From NCBI GenBank assembly GCA_021798195.1, contig JAJZYH010000001.1, positions 80,390 to 144,389 of the forward strand: DNA of 64,000 nucleotides, read 5' to 3'. Made by a program: the position numbers and the translations under genes. The notes under the pieces are model-generated. The model was given only the letters and a program-made list of their open reading frames with translations. It was not told the DNA's origin and did no database searches. The first letter of the stretch is position 1. Every line of letters begins with the position of its first letter. This document shows, piece after piece, positions 51,674 through 60,114 of the stretch. This stretch comes from Thermoplasmata archaeon. GTDB lineage: Archaea; Thermoplasmatota; Thermoplasmata; Lutacidiplasmatales; UBA184.

Positions 51674-54093
51674 CCATCCACGGGCATTTCTACCAGCCTC
51701 CCCGGGAGAATCCCTGGCTGGACGTGGTGGAGGAGGAGGCGTCGGCCCGCCCCTACCACGACTGGAACGAGCGGATCTCCAGCGAATGCTACGAGCCCAA
51801 CACGGCGTCCCGGATCGTGGACGGGGAGCAGAGGATCCTGCGCATCGTGAACAACTTCTCCCAGATCAGCTTCGACGTGGGACCGACGCTCCTCCGTTGG
51901 ATGGAGGAGCGCCAGCCCGAGACCTACCAGAGCATCCTCGCGGCCGACAAGGAGAGCCGCTCCCGCTTTGGGGGGCACGGCTCCGCCATGGCCCAGGCCT
52001 ACAACCACAGCATCCTGCCCCTCCTTCCCGCGCGGGACATCCGGACGCAGGTCCGCTGGGGCCTCCGGGACTTCTCGGAGCGCTTCGGACGGCCCGCGGA
52101 GGGGATGTGGCTCCCCGAGACGGCGGTGAACCGGGAGGTGCTGGACATCCTCGCCCAGGAGGGGGTCCGGTTCACCCTGCTCTCTCCCCACCAGGCGACC
52201 CGCACGCGACCTCTGGGGGGAAGCGACTGGACCGACGTCGGAGGCGGAAAGATCGACCCCTCGGTCCCGTACCGCATCTCCCTCCCCGAGGGCCGGTCCC
52301 TCTCCCTCTTCTTCTACGATGGTCCCGTTTCGCATTCCATCGCCTTCGAACATCTCCTGGACCGGGGGGAATGGTTCGCGCAGGCCCTCGTGGACGCGCT
52401 GGGCCGGGCCCAGCGCGTCCCGGGGAGGCCCTGCGGCCTCGCCCATGTGGCCACTGACGGGGAGACCTACGGCCATCACCATCCCCACGGCGACATGGCC
52501 CTCGCCTACGCGCTGTATCACCTGGAAAAGGAGCATCTCGCCCGCATCACGAACTACGGGGAGTTCCTGGAGCTCTGCCCGCCCCGGGACGAGGTGGAGA
52601 TCGCGGAGAACTCCTCCTGGAGCTGCAGCCACGGCGTGGAGAGATGGCGGGCCGATTGCGGATGCCGGACCGGCCATCCGGGCTGGCACCAGGCCTGGCG
52701 GGCTCCCCTCAGGGAGGCTCTCGACGACCTCCGGGCACAGCTCGACCCCCGCTACGAGGAGATTTCTGGAAAGTGGCTCCGGGACCCCTGGGCCGCCCGG
52801 GACGACTACGTCTCGGTGTTCTTCCACCCCGGTCCCCCCCGGAAGGGGCGCTTTTTGGAGGCGCACGCGAAGGGTCCCCTCTCCCCCGAGGAGGAGATCC
52901 AGGTCTGGCGCCTCCTGGAGATGCAGCGCTCCCTCCAGACGATGTACACGAGCTGCGGCTGGTTCTTCGACGAGGTCTCGGGCATCGGGACCGTGCAGGT
53001 GCTCTCCTACGCGGGGCGGGCCATTCAGCTGGCGGAGGAGGTCCTGGGTGGGCCGTTCCTCCCCCGGTTCCTGGAGCGGCTGGAGAAGGCCCCCAGCAAC
53101 CTGCCCGCCTACGGGAACGCCCGGCGGGTGTACGAGGAGCTCGTGGCGCCCCGGCAGGTGGATCTGCCCGCCGCCACAGCGGATTATCTCGTGCGCCGTC
53201 TGCTCACTCCCGCCGAGGAGCCCATCCGGGTCCCCTCCTTCCACGCCGAGGAGAGGCAGTTCCAGGAGTGGGAGGCGGGACGCGTGCGGATGCAGGTGGG
53301 CCTCCTCTGCATCGGCTCGGACTGGACCGGAGCGTCGAAGGAGTACGAGTTCGGGCTCCTGCACTTCGGGGATCTCAACCTGGCCGGGGGGTTCCGGGAA
53401 GCCCGCCCCGACTCGGACCTCGCTTCCCTGCGCGAGGTCCTGGCCCAGGCCTTCGAGTTCGGGGACCTCGCGGCGGTGGTCCGCCGCCTCTCCGATCACT
53501 TCCCCACGTGGACGGTCTCCCTGCGCTCCCTGTTCCGGGAGGAGCGGCGCGGGGTGATCCAGCGGCTCCTGGCGCAGAACCTGGAGCTTGCCGCCGGGAG
53601 CTACGCCTCCATCTACGAGCGCGAGGCCCCCCTCATGCGGACGCTCAAGGACCTGGGCGTCCCCCGTCCCCGCGTCTTCGACGTGGCGGCCGGCTTCGTC
53701 CTCAACAACGAGCTCCGGGGCGCCCTGGAGCGGGACCCTCCGGACCTGGGCCGGGCCGCGGATGCCCTCGATGAGATCTCCCGCTGGGGGCTCACCGTCG
53801 ACGCGGAGGACCTGAGCTTCACGCCCCAGCGCACCGTGGAGCGCGTCCTGAAGCACCTGGAGGACCAGCCCCTGGACCTCCCCAACCTCGAAGGGCTCGT
53901 GCGCCTCCTCCGGATCCTCCGCCGGCTCCCGTACCGCCCGGATTTCTGGAGGGCCCAGAACTCCTTCTACCACATCCTCACCACCGTCTATCCCGAACGT
54001 CGGGAGAAGGCCCGGACGGGGGATCTCGGGTCCCTCCGGTGGGTGGAGGCGTTCGCCACCCTGGGACATCTCCTCTCGGTGCGCGTGGAATGA
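51658..54093 (+). CDS. GH57-family glycoside hydrolase with a long C-terminal (DUF3536-like) extension
   Basis: HGHFYQPPRENPW...NFSQISFDVGPTLLRWME...AYNHSILPL...GMWLPETAV...TDGETYGHHH. The start is either TTG 51658 or GTG 51670. Confidence 0.7.
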   Translation: MERFVTIHGHFYQPPRENPWLDVVEEEASARPYHDWNERISSECYEPNTASRIVDGEQRILRIVNNFSQISFDVGPTLLRWMEERQPETYQSILAADKESRSRFGGHGSAMAQAYNHSILPLLPARDIRTQVRWGLRDFSERFGRPAEGMWLPETAVNREVLDILAQEGVRFTLLSPHQATRTRPLGGSDWTDVGGGKIDPSVPYRISLPEGRSLSLFFYDGPVSHSIAFEHLLDRGEWFAQALVDALGRAQRVPGRPCGLAHVATDGETYGHHHPHGDMALAYALYHLEKEHLARITNYGEFLELCPPRDEVEIAENSSWSCSHGVERWRADCGCRTGHPGWHQAWRAPLREALDDLRAQLDPRYEEISGKWLRDPWAARDDYVSVFFHPGPPRKGRFLEAHAKGPLSPEEEIQVWRLLEMQRSLQTMYTSCGWFFDEVSGIGTVQVLSYAGRAIQLAEEVLGGPFLPRFLERLEKAPSNLPAYGNARRVYEELVAPRQVDLPAATADYLVRRLLTPAEEPIRVPSFHAEERQFQEWEAGRVRMQVGLLCIGSDWTGASKEYEFGLLHFGDLNLAGGFREARPDSDLASLREVLAQAFEFGDLAAVVRRLSDHFPTWTVSLRSLFREERRGVIQRLLAQNLELAAGSYASIYEREAPLMRTLKDLGVPRPRVFDVAAGFVLNNELRGALERDPPDLGRAADALDEISRWGLTVDAEDLSFTPQRTVERVLKHLEDQPLDLPNLEGLVRLLRILRRLPYRPDFWRAQNSFYHILTTVYPERREKARTGDLGSLRWVEAFATLGHLLSVRVE

Positions 54094-56747
54094 GGACCGT
54101 CCTCTCCCTCTACCGCCTGCAGCTGGGTCGCCGCCTTCCGTTCGCCCGGGCCCGGTCCCTCCTCCCCTACCTCGCCCGGCTGGGGGTCACCCACCTCTAC
54201 CTCTCCCCCGTGCTCACCGCCCGGCCGGGGAGCGCCCATGGGTACGATTGGGTGGACCCCACCACCATTAGCCCCGCCCTGGGGGGGGAGCGAGGGCTCC
54301 GGTCCCTGGTTCTCCGGGCCCATGCGCTGGGGCTGGGCCTCGTGGTGGACATCGTGCCCAACCACATGGCCGCCTCCCTGGAGAACCGGTGGTGGTATGA
54401 CCTCCTGCGCCGGGGACCCCGCTCCCGGTACGCCCGGCATTTCGACATCGAGTGGGAGGAGGGATCCCAGGTCGTCCTCCCATGGCTCACCCGTCCGTTG
54501 GAGGATGTGATCCGGGCGCGCGACCTTTCCCTGGAAGGGCGGGGAGGACGCCACACGATCCGGATCCCCGGGGGGGCGCGTCTGCCGGTCTCCCCCGAGG
54601 GCGAGGCGTGGCTCCGCTGGCGGGCCCGGAACCGGGAGGCGTCCTACGGGGCACCTTCCACGCCGCGGGAGGGCCTCACGCCCTCCCAGTGGAAGACCCT
54701 CCTCGGGGCCCAGTGGTGGCAACTGGTCCCCTTCCAGGAGTCCCCCGAGCGCGTGAACTACCGGAGGTTCTTCGACGTGAACGACCTGGTGGGGCTCCGC
54801 GTGGAGGAACCCGCCGTGTTCCGGGACGTCCACGCGAAGGTGATCCCGGCGGTACGGGCCGGCTGGTTCGACGGGCTGCGCATCGACCACGTGGACGGCC
54901 TCCGGGACCCGCGGGGATATCTTCGGCGGCTCGCCCGATCCGTGGGTGGGACACCCGGACCCCACGCGAATGCGCCCGCCATCTACGTGGAGAAGATCCT
55001 CCTGGGCGCCGAGGAACTCCGGAGGGACTGGCCGGTCGCCGGCACCACGGGATACGAATTCCTCCGGGACCTGTCCCAGCTCCTCGCGGACCCCCGGGGG
55101 GCCCGGCGGCTCACCGTCGCCTACGAGAGGTTCCTCGGGGTCCGCCGTCGTTGGAAGAAGATCCTCCTCGAGTCCCGGTCGGAGGTCCTCGCGGAGCTCT
55201 TCCCCGCGGAGGTCCGCCGCCACGCCCGAAGGCTGCGCCGGGCGGCGGAGCGGCTCGCCGGGAATCCCCTCCCCCCGGATCCGCTCTGGGAGTCGATCCT
55301 CGCCCGGTTCGTGGCGCATTTCGAGGGCTACCGGAGCTACCTCGACGGGGTCTCCCTCGCCTCGGAGGAGGATCGCCGGAGGATCCTCACCGCGTGGCGG
55401 GCGGTCCGGACGGACCTGGAGAAGGAACCCTCGGCCGGGGACGTCCTGGCCCATGCGGGAAAGGTCTTCGCGACGATGCTCCGGAAGGCCCCCCCCGCCG
55501 AGGTGGCGGAGTTTGCGATGCGCCTCCAGCAGTTCCTGCCCGCCGTGACGGGGAAGGGATTGGAGGACCGGGCCCTCTACCGATTCTTCCCGGTGCCCGC
55601 CCTCAACGAAGTGGGCGGGGTGCCGCAGTTCCCGGTCCCTGGGAGCTCCACCGCCCGATGGCACCGGGCCATGGCCCGGGCCGCCCGGCAATGGCCGGGG
55701 CGGATGACCACCACCTCCACCCATGACACCAAGCGGAGCGAGGATGTCCGGGCCCGTCTCCTCGCCCTCACCGAATGGTCCGGGGAGTTCGCGTCGCTCC
55801 TCCCGAGGTGGAACGCCCGACTCTGGCGGATCCTGGGGCATCGCCCTCCCACGCTCCTCCCGGACCGGAACGCGGTCTACCTCCTCTTCACCACGCTCCT
55901 GGGCTCCTGGCCCGTGGACGCCGCCCCGGACGAAACCTACGCGCGACGGATCCAGGCCTACCTGGTGAAGGCGGCCCGGGAACGGGCGCGGCGCTCCAGC
56001 TGGCACGCTCCGGATCCCGAGTTCGAGCGGTGGGTGGAGACCGCCGTGGCCCGGCTCCGGCGCGATGACGGTCCCGGCGGATTCCTTTCGTCGTTCCTCC
56101 CGTTCCAGAGGACCCTGGCCTGGCACGGGGCCCTCCGCTCCCTGGTGGCCGTGGCCCTCAAGGGGACCGCGCCCGGGAGCCCGGACATCTACCAGGGCTG
56201 CGAGATGTGGGACTTGAGCCTCGTGGATCCGGACAACCGGAGACCCGTGGACTTCCGTCGCCGGAAGGAGGCTCTCGCGTCCCTCCTCCGGGAACGACGG
56301 GGAGGAAGGATGCCCCCCGTGGAGAGCTGGCGACGACATTGGGAGGATGGTGGGATCAAATTGTGGGTGACCCACCGGACGCTCTCCCTCCGGAAAGGGG
56401 CTCCGGCCCTCGCTCCCGGCTCGCCCTATCTTCCGGTCCATGTCCGTGGCGCGGGCGAACGCGTGGTGGCCTTCCGCCGGGGAACGGGGGGCGAGAGCGT
56501 CCTCACGGTGGCGCTCCGGGAGACCCGACGGTTCGCCCCGACGATGGGGGGACCTGTGGGAAGTCCCGAGGGCGAGAGCCTCCCCGGCTTCATCCGACTC
56601 CCCGGATCGCCGACGGATGGATGGACCGACGTCCTCACCGGGAAGACCGTGGGGCCTTCGACTCCCAAGGGGGGGCTACCCGTGCGGGAGGTCCTCCGGG
56701 AGCTCCCCGTCGCCATCCTGGTGCCTTCGAGGTCGATCCCGTGGTGA
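54090..56747 (+). CDS. treY: malto-oligosyltrehalose synthase
   Basis: The ATG overlaps the upstream stop (ATGA). YRLQLGRRLPFARARSLLPYLARLGVTHLYLSPVLTARPGSAHGYDWVDP...VDIVPNHMA...DGLRIDHVDGL...TTSTHDTKRSEDVR. Confidence 0.85.
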   Translation: MRTVLSLYRLQLGRRLPFARARSLLPYLARLGVTHLYLSPVLTARPGSAHGYDWVDPTTISPALGGERGLRSLVLRAHALGLGLVVDIVPNHMAASLENRWWYDLLRRGPRSRYARHFDIEWEEGSQVVLPWLTRPLEDVIRARDLSLEGRGGRHTIRIPGGARLPVSPEGEAWLRWRARNREASYGAPSTPREGLTPSQWKTLLGAQWWQLVPFQESPERVNYRRFFDVNDLVGLRVEEPAVFRDVHAKVIPAVRAGWFDGLRIDHVDGLRDPRGYLRRLARSVGGTPGPHANAPAIYVEKILLGAEELRRDWPVAGTTGYEFLRDLSQLLADPRGARRLTVAYERFLGVRRRWKKILLESRSEVLAELFPAEVRRHARRLRRAAERLAGNPLPPDPLWESILARFVAHFEGYRSYLDGVSLASEEDRRRILTAWRAVRTDLEKEPSAGDVLAHAGKVFATMLRKAPPAEVAEFAMRLQQFLPAVTGKGLEDRALYRFFPVPALNEVGGVPQFPVPGSSTARWHRAMARAARQWPGRMTTTSTHDTKRSEDVRARLLALTEWSGEFASLLPRWNARLWRILGHRPPTLLPDRNAVYLLFTTLLGSWPVDAAPDETYARRIQAYLVKAARERARRSSWHAPDPEFERWVETAVARLRRDDGPGGFLSSFLPFQRTLAWHGALRSLVAVALKGTAPGSPDIYQGCEMWDLSLVDPDNRRPVDFRRRKEALASLLRERRGGRMPPVESWRRHWEDGGIKLWVTHRTLSLRKGAPALAPGSPYLPVHVRGAGERVVAFRRGTGGESVLTVALRETRRFAPTMGGPVGSPEGESLPGFIRLPGSPTDGWTDVLTGKTVGPSTPKGGLPVREVLRELPVAILVPSRSIPW

Positions 56748-57058
56748 GCCGGAGTTCGGCGCCTCCGGGGGAGGCGAAGGACACGGAGGGAGGGGGCCCG
56801 GGCGGAGGTCTGCCATCGTCCCTCCCCCGTATCCGCCCACGAGGACACGCCCGGGGCACAGGGCCTTCCACTGCTCCCACTCCCGCACTCGGAGGGGCCC
56901 GGCACCTTTCGGATGGATGGGCAGTATGTCGCTCCCCTCACCCTCGACGGATCCCTTTCTCCCGGACATGCTCGGGCCACCTCACCTGGGCCTTCCCCGG
57001 GGCGATGATCCCTCCCCGTCCTGCATGAACCTCTGTCCCAGGGGGAAGGCGGTATCCT

Positions 57059-57079
57059 GGACACCATGCCATGGTGTCC
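57059..57079. promoter_or_regulatory. 21-bp near-perfect palindrome (candidate dimeric transcription-factor site)
   Basis: GGACACCATG c CATGGTGTCC. It lies about 80 nt upstream of the DUF1028 start and about 25 nt upstream of the AT-rich GCTAATAGAT (57105-57114). Confidence 0.35.
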
Positions 57080-57156
57080 GCAGGGGCCGGTCCCCGGAAC
57101 GAAGGCTAATAGATGGGGAAGGGGCCTAAGGACGACCCGAGACCAGGGGGTACAGC

Positions 57157-58161
57157 ATGTCCCAGGGACCTCGCTTGAGCACGTTCTCCATCGTGGCCGC
57201 CGATCTGGACCGTCAGGAATGGGGGATCGCCGTCCAGTCCAAGTTCGTCGCCGTGGGATCCGTGGTCCCCTGGGCGGAGGCCAAGGTGGGGGCGCTGGCC
57301 ACTCAGGCGCTCGCCAACGTCCGCTACGGGCCGGACGGGCTCTCCCTCCTCCGGAGCGGGCTCGCGGCCCCCGACGTGGTGCACAAGCTCACTTCGGTGG
57401 ACCCGGAGCGGGAGCACCGGCAACTGGGGGTCGTGGATGCCAAGGGACGCGCCGCCGCCTACACGGGTGCGAAGTGCCTGGACTGGGCGGGTCACGTCGT
57501 CGGGGAGGGCTTCACGTGCCAGGGGAACATCCTCACGGGCGAAGAGGTGGTGGAGCGGATGGCCCGGGCCATGGAGACCACTCCGGGGGATCTCGCGGAC
57601 CGCCTGCTCGCCGCCCTGGCGGCCGGCCAGAAGATGGGAGGGGACCGGCGGGGACAGCAGGCGGCGAGCCTCTTCGTGGTGAAGCCGGGGGCCTCCTACG
57701 GGGGGGGCGTGGACCGGTACATCGACGTTCGGGTGGACGATCATCCGGCCCCCATCGAGGAGCTCCGGCGGATCTTCGCGATCTACGACATGACGCTCCT
57801 CAACCGCGAGGACCCCTCGACCCTCATTCCGCTCACTCCGGCGGCCATCCTGGAGGTGCAGAAGGACCTCAAGTCGGTGGGATACTACTTCGGCCCCCTC
57901 CACGGGCGATGGGACGAGGCCACCCAGGCGGCCTTTGACAAGTACCTGGGGGTCCACAATTTCGAGAACAAGGCCCGCACCGACGGGAAGGTCTGGCCCT
58001 CGGTGCGCCGCCACCTCCGCGAGTCGGCCGCGCGGGCGGAGGCGGAGGCGCAGAAGGCCCAACCTCAAATCTACGGGGCCCTCTCCTCCGGCCCCGGGAA
58101 GGTGATGGGATCGTCGACGCGGCCCGCCAAGGACACAGAGAGGGCGAAGCGGCGGAAGTGA
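57157..58161 (+). CDS. DUF1028 (Ntn-hydrolase-like) protein with a C-terminal peptidoglycan-binding-type domain
   Basis: STFSIVAADLDRQEWGIAVQSKFVAVGSVVPWAEAKVGALATQA is the DUF1028 N-terminus. AAILEVQKDLKSVGYYFGPLHGRWDEATQAAFDKYLG resembles PG_binding_1. Confidence 0.65.
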   Translation: MSQGPRLSTFSIVAADLDRQEWGIAVQSKFVAVGSVVPWAEAKVGALATQALANVRYGPDGLSLLRSGLAAPDVVHKLTSVDPEREHRQLGVVDAKGRAAAYTGAKCLDWAGHVVGEGFTCQGNILTGEEVVERMARAMETTPGDLADRLLAALAAGQKMGGDRRGQQAASLFVVKPGASYGGGVDRYIDVRVDDHPAPIEELRRIFAIYDMTLLNREDPSTLIPLTPAAILEVQKDLKSVGYYFGPLHGRWDEATQAAFDKYLGVHNFENKARTDGKVWPSVRRHLRESAARAEAEAQKAQPQIYGALSSGPGKVMGSSTRPAKDTERAKRRK

Positions 58162-58436
58162 GCGCGGAGCTCCACCGCCGATACTCCTCCCCCGCGCAGG
58201 TGGAGAGCCTCCGAGCCGCCCTGGCACCGGACAACGCGGCGTACGTGGAAACCTCCAGGGAGGGTACCGACCTCCGTATCCGCGTCCGGGCCCGGAATGC
58301 CGGGGAGCTCCGGCGCACGCTGGAGGATCTCCTGGCCTGCCTTTCCGCCGCCGAGAAGACCTGGGACATGGCCCAGGGACCGCGCGGCGAAGAGGAGCCG
58401 GCGCCGGGGGCCTCTGAGGACGAGGACGAGGGATGA
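58158..58436 (+). CDS. Pcc1-like (KEOPS subunit) small protein
   Basis: 92 aa. The GTG overlaps the upstream stop. YSSPAQVESLRAALAPDNAAYVETSREGTDLRIRVRARNAGELRRTLEDLLACLSAAE follows the Pcc1/CTAG pattern. Acidic tail. Confidence 0.45.
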   Translation: MSAELHRRYSSPAQVESLRAALAPDNAAYVETSREGTDLRIRVRARNAGELRRTLEDLLACLSAAEKTWDMAQGPRGEEEPAPGASEDEDEG

Positions 58437-59542
58437 CCCAGACCTCCCCCGTCACGACGTCCCACGGACGGGCTTCCTTTTCCATGGGTGGCCCGGGGCG
58501 GTACGGGGTGGCCGTGGCGGTCACCGTGGCGGGCGTCCTCTCCCAGTACGTCGTCCCGGCGGGGTGGTTCCCCGCGGGTTGGGCGGGCTTCGCGCTCAGC
58601 CTCTTCCAGGTGTACGGCTTCGGGCTCCTCGCGTTCTACTGGGCGTTCCGGGCCGCTCCCCTGCGGAACTTCGGCCGCCACATGGGGGTCGGGGTGCGGG
58701 AGGGGCTCCGGTGGTACGGGGTCTTCGGGGTCCTGGGGCTCGTCCTTGCGGTGGTCCTCACCAACATCTATCTCAAGCTGGACCCGAGGACCGGGGAGCT
58801 CCTTTCCCGGATCACTCCCGTGATCCAAGAGGGCAGCCAGAACACGGTGTTCTTCATCCTGTTCTCCATCTTCTTCGTGGGGTTCGTGGAGGAGACGCTC
58901 TTCCGGGGGTACGTCTTCGGGGGAGCCCTGCGCGCACTGGGGACCCGGAACTGGGGCTGGACGGCCCTGTGGACCAGCCTCCTCTTTGCGGGGGTCCACC
59001 TCTATTACGCCCAGACGTACCTCGAGGTCTCCCCCATCTACTACGTCCGGATCGTCACGCTGGGCCTCGCGTTCTCCTTCGCCTACTATCACTCCCGCGG
59101 GAACCTCCTGGTGGTCGCGCTCCTGCATGGCGGCTTCGACGCCATGAGCTTCGGGAGCCTCTTCCCGGGCGCGCTGGGGACCGCATTCCTGGCCCTCTCG
59201 CTCCTCTTCCTCCTGGCGTGCGGCCTCTACGCCCTCGTCCTTCACCTGCGGAGGGTCGAATCTACGCCTCCCCCCTTGGCCCCGGCGCCCTACCATCCCA
59301 TGCCATGGGTAAGTCCCTCGGGGATGCCCGCCCCACCGCCCCCCCCTCCGCCCATGGGGATCTGGACCCACTGCATCCTCTGCGGGATGCCGTTCCAGGT
59401 CCCGGCCTCCGCGGCGGCCGCCCCATGCCCCCGCTGCGGGTCGTGGAACCCCCTGGGCTCCCGGATGCCGTTCCCGGGGGTCGTTCCTCCCGCACGGGAT
59501 CCCATCGCCAACATGCCGCCGGGCGCGTGGCCCCCTGCGTAG
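58433..59542 (+). CDS. CPBP-family intramembrane glutamic protease with a proline-rich linker and a C-terminal zinc-ribbon
   Basis: Motifs VEETLFRGYVFG (EExxxR), FAGVHLYY (FxxxH) and LLHGGFDA (HxxxD). Then PAPPPPPPPMGI and CILCG-x(14)-CPRCG. Confidence 0.7.
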   Translation: MTQTSPVTTSHGRASFSMGGPGRYGVAVAVTVAGVLSQYVVPAGWFPAGWAGFALSLFQVYGFGLLAFYWAFRAAPLRNFGRHMGVGVREGLRWYGVFGVLGLVLAVVLTNIYLKLDPRTGELLSRITPVIQEGSQNTVFFILFSIFFVGFVEETLFRGYVFGGALRALGTRNWGWTALWTSLLFAGVHLYYAQTYLEVSPIYYVRIVTLGLAFSFAYYHSRGNLLVVALLHGGFDAMSFGSLFPGALGTAFLALSLLFLLACGLYALVLHLRRVESTPPPLAPAPYHPMPWVSPSGMPAPPPPPPPMGIWTHCILCGMPFQVPASAAAAPCPRCGSWNPLGSRMPFPGVVPPARDPIANMPPGAWPPA

Positions 59543-59648
59543 GGCCAGATCCCCTCCCCCGTGGATACCCGGTGCGGGGAAGAGCCCACGGGAGCGATCC
59601 CGAGGACCTTCAGAAACCGTTTTCCTTCCGGCCCAGTGGGTCCACGGG

Positions 59649-60074
59649 GTGTCATCCGTGGACGATGCGCCGATGCGAGATCTCCTGCGGCAGGCGAGGA
59701 CCATTGCGGTGGTGGGGTTGAGCGACAAGCCCGACCGGGACTCCAACGAGGTGGGGCGCTACCTGAAGGAGAGGGGGTACCGCGTGGTGCCGGTGAACCC
59801 CGCCCTCCGGGAGGTCCTGGGGGAGCCCTCGTACCCGTCGCTCTCGGAGATCCCGGCAGACGTGGTGGTGGACATCGTGGACGTCTTCCGGAAATCGGAA
59901 GCGGTCCCCCCCATCGTGGAGGAAGCCCTCCGACGCCGGCCGCGCCCCCGGGCCATCTGGCTCCAGCTGGGGGTCCGTCACCCCGAGGCCGCCCGTCAGG
60001 CGGAGGCCGCGGGAGTTCCCGTGGTCCAGGACCTCTGCATCATGCAGCAGCATCGACGCCTTCTTCCCCCGTGA
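59649..60074 (+). CDS. CoA-binding domain protein (YccU/YneT-like)
   Basis: LRQARTIAVVGLSDKPDRDSNEVGRYLKERGYRVVPVNP...YPSLSEIP..VDIVDVFR...IWLQLGV. Confidence 0.7.
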   Translation: MSSVDDAPMRDLLRQARTIAVVGLSDKPDRDSNEVGRYLKERGYRVVPVNPALREVLGEPSYPSLSEIPADVVVDIVDVFRKSEAVPPIVEEALRRRPRPRAIWLQLGVRHPEAARQAEAAGVPVVQDLCIMQQHRRLLPP

Positions 60075-60114
60075 ACGAACCCCGTCCCGCGAGAGTATAT
60101 GGAGGGGTAGGTCC

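Noticed and set aside
51562-56441. 835-aa and 817-aa minus-strand ORFs opposite GH57 and treY
   Set aside because: They are antisense to well-supported genes and low-complexity.
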